Of a stretch of 64,000 bases of DNA, positions 13,318-23,900 are shown piece by piece (positions within the stretch are counted from its first letter, which is position 1; every line of letters starts with the position of its first letter). This DNA is from Intoshia linei (Eukaryota > Animalia > Orthonectida), in the NCBI GenBank assembly GCA_001642005.1, contig LWCA01000061.1, positions 1-64,000 of the forward strand, given 5' to 3'. A model generated the notes under the pieces. The model was not told the origin of the DNA, searched no databases, and saw nothing but the letters and a program-made list of their open reading frames with translations. The translations under genes and the position numbers were made by a program.

Positions 13318-13799
13318 TATATACGAAAATGTGCATCAAATTGCATTTTTGTGGGCACACTAGCTCACTGACATTACAATACCTTTTAAAATTGTATTTT
13401 CAGTTCAATTTCCTATGGAAAAGTAATGATAAGATACATTATATTACATTAATTAATTACTACATAATAAATGTAGATTAAGTGTAATTGTATTTGTTTC
13501 TGTACAAAAATTTTTTCATATTTCCAGGTTAAGTAAAATTAAGTTATGAAAACAAGGATTTGAAGATTGTTTCCAAAAGATTTCTGTTGATTATTAAAAT
13601 AAAGCTTTGGTGTAAATTTTAATATATTGGTAGTTTATGGGTTTACTCTATTTGACGCATATGCAGATTTAGAATTTTTTTTTATAAAAATTCAAATTTC
13701 ATTGCGGTTTGAGGACTCCTGGTTGTTTCATACAAGTTTTCCATCGAATTAAAAAATAGTAGTTCCTAGAAGGGTACTTCATTGAAATGTTAATTTCTT

Positions 13800-14590
13800 T
13801 ATTAGTATTTTCGAAAAATGTGCAAATGTGAAATTGCAGGATGAATATTTACTTTTTCATTTGAATCCAAAATTGGTTGATAATATATTAAAAATTATTT
13901 TTCACCAGGAATGCATAGATTTCTGGGCTTGAAATTTTGTATTTATATCAAATAGAATAAGCTCTATCAGAATAATCTTTTTTTTAATTTTTGGATGGTT
14001 AATTATTTCATATTTTTTGTTTTAATAAAATATTTTTTTGACCGTGAAGGCGTCACTATTCAGATTGAAATCTTTTTGTGTATTAACAGGATACAACTGT
14101 ACCATCTGTAATTTTCTTAAAATTCTATGGCTGTTTTCATTTTAAAAAAAATGGTAATCTGGGGTTTATATTGTGAAAATTATCTTTTTGAAGTTTCCAT
14201 TTATGATAATGTTGATGATTTTAAAAACTATCCCAGAATTTAAGTTGTATAAAATTCTAGGACTTTTTTAATTTTTACAAAAAAGGTAATTTGATGTTGT
14301 GGCCGTAAAGGTATAAGATTTTGAGATTGAAAATAATCTTATTGTTGATAATTTTTAAATCTGATAAGAGTTAAAAAATTTTTGATTTTTAGGACGGGTT
14401 TGAAAAAAAGGACAATTAAAGTTTTTGACTTGGACTCAATTTATGAAAATAAAATTTACGATAAAACAACACTCTCGGAAAACTATCATAGAAATATGGA
14501 ATTTTTAAAACGAGACTCCTCTTATTTTCTTAAATAAACTTGAGCAAACAGACCGACAGACAAATAAATGTACAGTTTTATAATAACTAA
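13800..14590 (-). repeat. Helitron family copy (minus strand, 3'-truncated)
   Basis: Reverse complement of the core of 18854-20008. Confidence 0.75.
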
Positions 14591-14917
14591 TGTAAATTAC
14601 TTTATATAAATAAGTATTAGAGTTTAATGATCGTATTAATTTTTGGGAAGGTCTGATTTATACTTTAAATCAATAAAAAATGCAATTCCTACACATTTTT
14701 GTTTAAATTCACACAATCAATCATTAAATTAGACATTACAACAGTGATTTATAGAAACGACAAATCCATAAGAATTTGATTAGTAGCTAAAAACTGATTT
14801 GACTATCAATTACATTCAAAACAAATACAATAAAAAGACTGAAAAAATACAAATAAAATAAAAACTAAAATATGATTTATTCTATACATAATTAGACATT
14901 TGATCCAATTAACGGAA

Positions 14918-17900
14918 TCATACATTTTTGAACTTTAGAATGGGTTTTACATCAGATAAATTAAAAAATTCATTAATTTGAGGTTCCTGTTCAATTTGAT
15001 TTTGTTTGTTTTTATAGACAATAGAATTGGGTTCACTAAAACGACAATAAGGAGAAACGTCGAAATTTTGAGGTAAATCAGTATTGGGAGACGATTTGTG
15101 TGACAATTCATCATTTGAAGAAAACGTTGAGGCTCTTTGAGAAGAATCGGAATTTCCATTCCATTTATAAAATTTTTCAATGCAACATTTAGCATTTTCA
15201 GAATAATTTCCATCGAAAAATTTTTCAGTTTGAAAATTTTCAGGAAAAGAAATTTCATTTGGAATCATTTGGTTGACATTGGAAATAATATTATAAGATT
15301 GACGAATTTGATTAGGTGGGTTTGGTAAATTTTGATTAATATTAGTGGAATATTGACAAGATGGTGGTATATTTTTAATTCCATTGTGCGGTGGATCATT
15401 TTCACGTGGATAGTTTTGATTACCATTTACAGTGTAATTTCCAAATGAATTGTCGACATTGACAGAATTTGGTTGGTTAAATGTCCATAAATTGAAAGAA
15501 TTTTGGCAATTAGGGACAATTTCCGGGTTAAAATTATTATTATTAAATTTAAAAGGTGGAACTTGATTTGAAAACTGGTTATGTACTTTGTTTATGGGAA
15601 TTTCTTTAAACTGACCGGTATTATAATTTGGGTTTGTTTGATATGGGTAATATCTTTTCAAAGAATACTGATAATTGATTTCCATTTTTTCAAAATTGGA
15701 CATGGAAGGATATTTCATTTGATTAAAATTTTGATTTCGATAATTACAATTGGAGTATTCATAATTTTGATTATTTGTATTAACTTTGTATAGGGGTCTC
15801 GTAGGGTCTAATGTGTATCCTTGAAAATATTGCGCATCTTTTACAGGATGAGAATAAATGGAAGGATTTACAGTTTGAGGGTTGTAGGAATCGGGATAAA
15901 CTGAATGTTTTATATCCAAATCAGCATTTGGCATTGTAGGAGTATGTTTAAAATTTAAAAGTTTATCTTGAACGACTTGACGCAGTTTACTTCTTTCCGG
16001 TTTGAATTTTTTTTTTAATTTTAAATTTGTTTTTTTCATCTGATTGGATTTGGTGCACTTTTTATTTTTTACTTTTACATCAACAGGTTCAACTTGAAAG
16101 GTTACGTAAATGTTGGATTCAAGATTACGTTTATATTTTTCAATGTCTCTATTACAAATGAAAATGAAAATAAAATTTTCAATTTCGAATACACATTCTT
16201 TGCAATTTCGTATTGTGGCCAGATCCAATGGAGTTTGATTATAAACATTACGAAGAGATAAATCAGCGCCTTTGTTTAGAAGAAGTTTCAAACAGGTTGT
16301 ATTATTACACATTGCTGCAAAATGCAATGGTGTTTGTCTTTTATTATTGGCAACAGACACATTGGTAAATTTCGTGAGGATAAGGTTTAAAATACTAGCA
16401 TCTCCAGATATACTAGCCCAATGAATGGGTAAAGAATGATTCATGGTATCAGGTATATTCAAGTCACAATTTGCGTCAAATAAAAGTTGAAATGTTGGAT
16501 AAAATTTTAATCTACTGGCTAAATTAATAGGGGTCAATCCACCTTGGCATTTCAAATTGGTTTTTACAGAAGCTTCCAACAAAACGGCAACAGTTTTCGC
16601 TGATAAGTAATAAACTGCCGTATGTAACGGCGTGTAACCTTCATTATCCAAAATATTTACATCGGATTTATATTTTATCAGCACTTTAATGGTTTCAACG
16701 TCCATACATGATGCTGCAATATGCAATGCTGTTTCACCACTTGTACAAGGATAATTAATGTCGTTCATGGATTGCTGAATGGTACATTCAATTTGCCCAT
16801 TTATTAAACTGACGCATTCGTGTTTCATAGACATTACTTGTTTGGTTAAAATCAATTCCATTAACTTAGTTTGATTTGACCTAAGGACATTTGAAGGTAA
16901 TTTTTTAATCTCGGGAATTATTTTTACGGGATAATTTCCATCGTCTTTATTCGGTATGGATAAATATGCACCATTATCAAGAGGCCTCAAAAGTTTGTCT
17001 AAATTGAGCAAATTTCTAGGGTTTTTAGTGGCGCTATGACCTGATGGATAATATGTCAAATTTAAAAGTCGTTTTCTAATTACGACTAGCAATATAAACA
17101 ACGATACTACCAAAATATTGACTGCCACAATAATACTATAACTATAATCACTTTTATTCAAATCTACAGTTTCTACATCGTAAATTTTTCCCTCGTGAGG
17201 TAAACCACTGACACGTTTTGCCACAGCAGAAAGCAAAAAATTTTCAGCTTCTTGTTCAGATTCTATAAAAGTAGATGCATTGGCATTATTAAATATACGA
17301 TGTACAATATTACAACATTTCTGTTTGGAAGATGGGCACATGGTGTCTTGTACCTCTTCCAAGAGAATAGAATTTACATGAAAAAGTTTTTTTAAATTTG
17401 CAGTAACATCATACATATCAATTTCCATTAATTGACATTCTATGAAAAACAAAATTGACAATTTAATGTCAATCTTTACATCTTTAGCAACATTTCCGCA
17501 GTCAAAACCATCAAAATTACAAACACTTGAATTGCAGTCATCATCGCAGTAATTATTTTTAAATTTCAAATGACAATTGGACGAAGAACAATGCTGCCAA
17601 GCTTTTTTATAAAAGTTTGTAGAAATGGCTTCACATTTGTATCCATTTACATAATTTATGCAAATTTTTTGTGAACCACAAATATTTTTATCACAATGAT
17701 TTATAACAATATGGCATTGTTTCCCAGTAAAACCTATGGGACAATCACAATAAAATTTCCCAGCATTTTCAATACACTTTCCACCATTAAAACACATTTC
17801 GCAAGATACATGTTGACACATTTCACCAGCGTAGAAATGGCTACAAATACACATTGGAGTCACTTTAGAATTTTCCACCTTCATTAAACATTTACCATTC

Positions 17901-20900
17901 AAGCATTTTTTAAAACAAGAACCTCCACTTTTGAATTCACAGTTAAGTCCATAAAATTCATTTACACATTCACAAATATAACCCAATTTGTTACTTGATC
18001 GATGACATTTTCCTTCATTTGAACAATTGTTACAATTTAGATTTACATTTTCACAAAGTTTACCGGAAAATCCATCGATGCATTTACACGTAAAATTTTT
18101 GTCAGGTAGTTCAATGCAATTTGAATTATTTAGACATGGACTATTTTCGTAACAAATATGTTTTTTCGCCAAGTCACAGTATAAACCTGTAAAAGTTGGC
18201 AAACATTTACATGTATAATTTGGTCGTTTTTCAGAATTCAGTTGACAATATTTATTACCGTCGCAATTTGAATAGTTGCAAATTTTTGAAGCATGGAATT
18301 GGCAATTTTTCCCAAAATAGTTTGATTCGCATTTACAAATATAATCACCGTTTGATATTGACGTGCATTTTGAGTTGTTATGACAGGGTTTTTCATAACA
18401 TTTACTCTCGATTATTTCACAAATTTTACCTAAAAATTCATTAGATATAAATAATTAGTAATAAAAAAATCAAAGTAACACTAAAAAAAAAAATTTTCGA
18501 CATTTCCCCAAAAATTAAATAAACTTTACGGTAGTAATACATACATTAAAAAAATTAAAGATTCTACAGTGTGAAAACCATACAAGTTGAAAATGCTTGT
18601 CTTGCATCATAAAAATGAAATGTCTATAGAAAAAGTTTGACACAAGTAAAAAACTGAAAATTAGTGAATCGCATAGAAAAACTTGTAAATCCATTAATTT
18701 TAGAAGAATTTTATTATTAGCTTATCTAATCTGAAAAATAAAATTTTAGTCATGAATGTATGGATTTCTCAGGCTGACATTTTTGTTTTACATCAACTGA
18801 AATAGACTATCAAAATAATCTTCTTTTTTTTAAATTCTAGGACCATTAGATAATCCTTACTTATATAAAGTAAAATGGTTAAAAATGTATGTCTGTTTAT
18901 TTATTTGTTAAAAAAGTAAAGGGAGTCGAGTTTTACAAATTCCATATTCTTATAACAGTTTTTCCAGAGTGATCTTTTATCAAAAATTTCAATTTCAGAA
19001 ATTAAGGTTAAAAACCACATTCTCCTTCGTTTTTAAATTCAAATATCTTCAATAATTATAAAAAATATACATTCTAATAAAAACTTTTAAATTCATCCAT
19101 ACTATGATAATTACAATTTTATGATATCTTCACGGCTAAAACCACAAATTACCCTTTTTTGTAAAAATTAAGAAAGTCTTAGAATTTTATACAACACAAA
19201 TTCTGGGATTGTTTTTAAATTCATAAAAATTATCATAAATATTAACCACAAAAAAATATCTTTCTCAGTCAAAAACCCAGATTACACTTTTTTTTAAAAA
19301 TGCAAACAACCCTAGAATTTAAAAAAAATAAAAGATGATACAGTTATATCCAGTTAATACACTCAAAATATTTCAATCTGATCAAGTGGCGCCTTCATGG
19401 TCAAAAAAGCACTTTAATATTCATTTTTTCAATTCGAAACTATTTTATTAAAACAAAAAATTTGAAATAATTAACGGTCCGAAAATTAAAAAAAAGATTA
19501 TTCTGATAGAGCGTACTCCAGTTGATATAAATACAAAATTTCAACCCAGAAATCTACGCATTCCCAGTGAAAAATAATTTTTAATATATTATCAACCATC
19601 TCTTTCAAATATTGGATTAAAATTAAAAATGAAAAGTAAATAATCATCCTACAATTTCAAAAAAAAATGCCCATTGAATGTCTACCCATTTCCAATACAG
19701 AAACATGGGGGGAAATCTATATAATTGATTTCTTCGAATTTGTTACGCAATTCCTATTTCTCAAATACAAATTTTAAAAAAATTTTAGTCTAAAACTACA
19801 ACGAAGTAGAACTAAAAGTAAAACTTTTTTATTATCATTTTAATATTTATTACTAATAAATTATTAGTAATAAATAAATAATGAATGCTTTGCAATGTTG
19901 ATAATATTATCTGAAATATGTATCTAAATTGCAAAATTTCTCAGATAATAAAAACGTGCCCTCTGCAAGCTAGGTGCTGTTGGTACGTAGTACATAACAG
20001 TCCACTAGTTATTTAATATTATAATAATTCATTTTATCACAATACTAAAATGTAATAGTAATTATTCTAATTAATACTTATAAATCAATAAATAGTATAG
20101 TGCATATTTGATCATAAAGTATAATTATTACCGGTCGTTCCTTCTGGACAAGTGCATTCAAAATCGCCAATTAAAGACTTGCAACCTCCATTGTGTAAAC
20201 AAGGATTATTTTCACAATAATCGTAAAATTTTTGACAATATATACCAACATATCCATCATTACATACACACTTTGGATTTGATTTCTTTACAACGCAGTA
20301 CCTAATTTTTTTTTAAATATTAATAAATTAAATCTGACCACCAAACCACGACTCGCGATTTTTTTTTAAAATGATAAAATTCAAAAAAATGTAATATTTA
20401 CAGGTTGAGTTGGTTACTTGGTAAGTTGAAATTACTGGTGATACATATATTTATGTACTACTAAATTCTCAAAATGTTACCCATTGATGCATTTATAATT
20501 TTGACAAAAATTAGTGTGATATTCGCAATTTTCTCCATAATTATCTAAATTGTTCATAAATAAATTCAATTGAATATGTTAAATGTACCATCAACACATT
20601 GGCACATATATCCTTTGGTATTATTGTGATGCAAACAATGCCCACCAAATTGGCAAGGTTTAAGACTACATGGGTCCGTATAAATATCACAAAATTTTCC
20701 AGAATAATCTAAAAATAATAAGATTAAATATAAGTTTAAATTACTGAAATCGCAGTCACATTTATAACCACTGACTCCGTCACGCAGACCAATACACAAT
20801 GAATGACTGCTACATAAATTCTTTTTAAGACAAGGATCATTGTAATTATTGCATGTTTCTCCGGTATAATCTAAAAATACATTGTTATATTATGAAAAAG

Positions 20901-23900
20901 AGTTTTAAGAATATATTAGTTAGACCAGTGGCGGATCTAGGATTTTCAGCGAGGGGGGCTAAATTCATATATTGTATTTAAATTGAAATTTTATATTATG
21001 TATATTAAATATTTCTATCTATAATAATAATTTATATTTTTTTTCAAATTTTTATTCTATTAAATTTTTCAATGTTGACCATTCAACTGTTGAGTTGTTC
21101 AACTGCATACAAATCGACATTTGAGGCAGGTTGTCTTTCGATTATGAACAACGTTAAGACCGATAATTTAACTTAAACTGATGTTACTAACATAAAAAAT
21201 AAGACATAGATTAATGATTATATACATAAAACGTAAACGATTGGTCCTAGAAATTTTTTTTAATTTTTCACAATGATAATACACAAATTAAAATATTTTA
21301 GAGCACATTTGTCACGCCAGGGGGCGGTCTTCCCTGCACACACCTAGATCCGCTACTAAGTTAAACATGTTAAATAATATAGTGCAACCACGTCAAACGA
21401 TCAACTATTTAAAAATTGGAACGGCTACCCACGAATTTTACATGTAATCCTTACTTGTAAAATATACTACGCGATTTTTGTTTGTGTGTGTGTTCCACTT
21501 TATTTAAATAACTACCCGTCTTAGAATTTTATAAAGTCCACATTTCAATTACAGTTTTTTCCGGGAGTGTTCGAAAAATAAATTTCAACTTCGAAACTCA
21601 CATCTTACGGGTCAAAAACCCCAATTGTCTTTTTTTTGAAAATCAAACGAGTTGAAGAATTTAAAAAAATATATACGCTGATACGGACTTTAAAATCATA
21701 AACATTATCATAATTTTAAATTTAAAAAAATTATATTGTCAGGGCCAAAACCACAAATTACCCTTTTTTTATGAAAAAAAGGCCTAGAATTTAAAAAAAT
21801 TTACAGGTGGTACAATTGCATCCTGTTAACACACAAAAAAATTTCACTCCGAATAAGTGACGACTTCACGGTCAAAAATCATTTTAGTATTCATATATTA
21901 TTTCCAAAATATTTTATTTAAACAAAAAATGTAAAATAATTAACGGTCCGAAAATTAAATAAAAAGATTATTCTGATAGATCTTATTCCAGTTGGTATAA
22001 ATACAAAATTTCAATTTTAGGAATCTACGCATTCCCGGTGAAAAATAATTTTTAATATATTATCAATTAATATTTTTCAAATATTTCGATNAAAAAATGT
22101 AAAATAATTAACGGTCCGAAAATTAAATAAAAAGATTATTCTGATAGATCTTATTCCAGTTGATATAAACACAAAATTTCAATCCAGAAATCTAAGCATT
22201 GCCAGTGAAAAATCATTTTTAATATATTATCAACCAATATTTTAATGTAAATCGATTAAAATCAAAAATTGAAAATGTAAATATTAATCCTACAATTTAA
22301 AAAAAGTGCATTGAACGTCTACACATTTCCAATAAAGAATATAGGTGAAAATCTATATAATTCATTTCATTACTACGCTATTTTAAATTTCAAAAACCTT
22401 ATTTTCAAAACACTTTTAATAAAATTTAAATAGAAACTACAACAGTGGTTCCTAACCGGGGTGCACAGAGCTATTTTCAATTTTTTTTCTAAATGAGTCA
22501 AATTAATTAACTGATATTTTTATTATAAACATAAAGATTAGATATAAGACATAATTTCATCTTGTAAGTTCTATTTTGGTAATGGGGAATTTATAATAAA
22601 AAATGGAACACAATGTATTAATTCTTTCGAGATGAATAATCAGCCTGAAATTTTGTAGTAGTGATGCGAATCATCAAGGATTTGAATTTGACATACAGCG
22701 TAGAAGCCACATGTTAGGTAATGAAAAACTTTTATTTTTGCTGAAATTGAAGTTATTTATGAAAATTTTCAGGATTGTATTGTTTTACTTTATTTGTAAC
22801 ATTATAAACTCATTCTCTTAACACATTAAGAACATGACATCATAAAATTGTTTTTAAAGGTACACAAATAAAAATAAAATTAAGTGGGATTAATTCACTT
22901 TAAATTAAAATGTAATGTGACACGATGGGTTCCTGGTAAAACAAGATTGAAAACCACTCCTTGAAATATTGGTAATAGTGCAAGTAACACATTTTGGTAA
23001 AATTAAAAAAGTTAGCCCTCAGCAGAGCTAACTGTCGTTTCCACAAAGTACATAACAGCCAAGCTCGTATAATTATATAAAAATAAAAAACAACCTATTG
23101 TGCATTCACAGTAATATGTGTCTTTTACATGATGGCATACACCCTGATTTTCACAAGGATTTGACCAACAAGCATTAGATAATAACAAACAACTAAAGCC
23201 TTCAAATCCCGGTTGACAATCACAAACATAACCTCCCAAAATATCCCTACACGTACCTCCATTAAAACACAAAGGATTTTCGGTAGGATGATCTAAATGA
23301 GACGTGAATTTAAATTACTAAGTTATTTACGATGTATACATTCAGGGTAGTCAATATCGCAAAGATCTCCCATAAAACCCATTGGACAATTACACTGTGC
23401 ATCTCCAGTTGCAAAATTAACAACACAGGTGGAGTTTCCGTAACATTTGTTGTCAAAATAACATTTATCTTTAAGTTCGCATTTTGAACCTAAAATAAAA
23501 AATTAGGAATCATTAAAACATTTTAATTTAATACCAGTCGACCCTTTAGGACAAAAACAATAATAATGGTTATTTTTTAAATAACAATCTCCTCCATTGC
23601 AGTACTCTGAATCGCATTCTTCATACTTTTTATCGCAAATGTCCCCATAATACTTTAATTCACAGTTACAATAAAAACCACCATGAACATTGACGCATTG
23701 TCCATGTTGACAAATATTTGTATCACATTCATCAATGTCAGTTTGGCAAAATAAACCTATAAATCAATTATATATTGAACTAATAAAAATATATACCAGT
23801 AAACCCCTCATCGCAATGACAGCTGTAAGAATTGTTTATTGGAACGCATAAAGAATCATTTTCACATTCATTGTTTTCGCAATAATTAATTTTCTTTTCA

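Noticed and set aside
21925-22260. ~165-bp direct duplication inside a Helitron
   Set aside because: The two copies flank the single N at 22091; most likely an unmerged contig overlap
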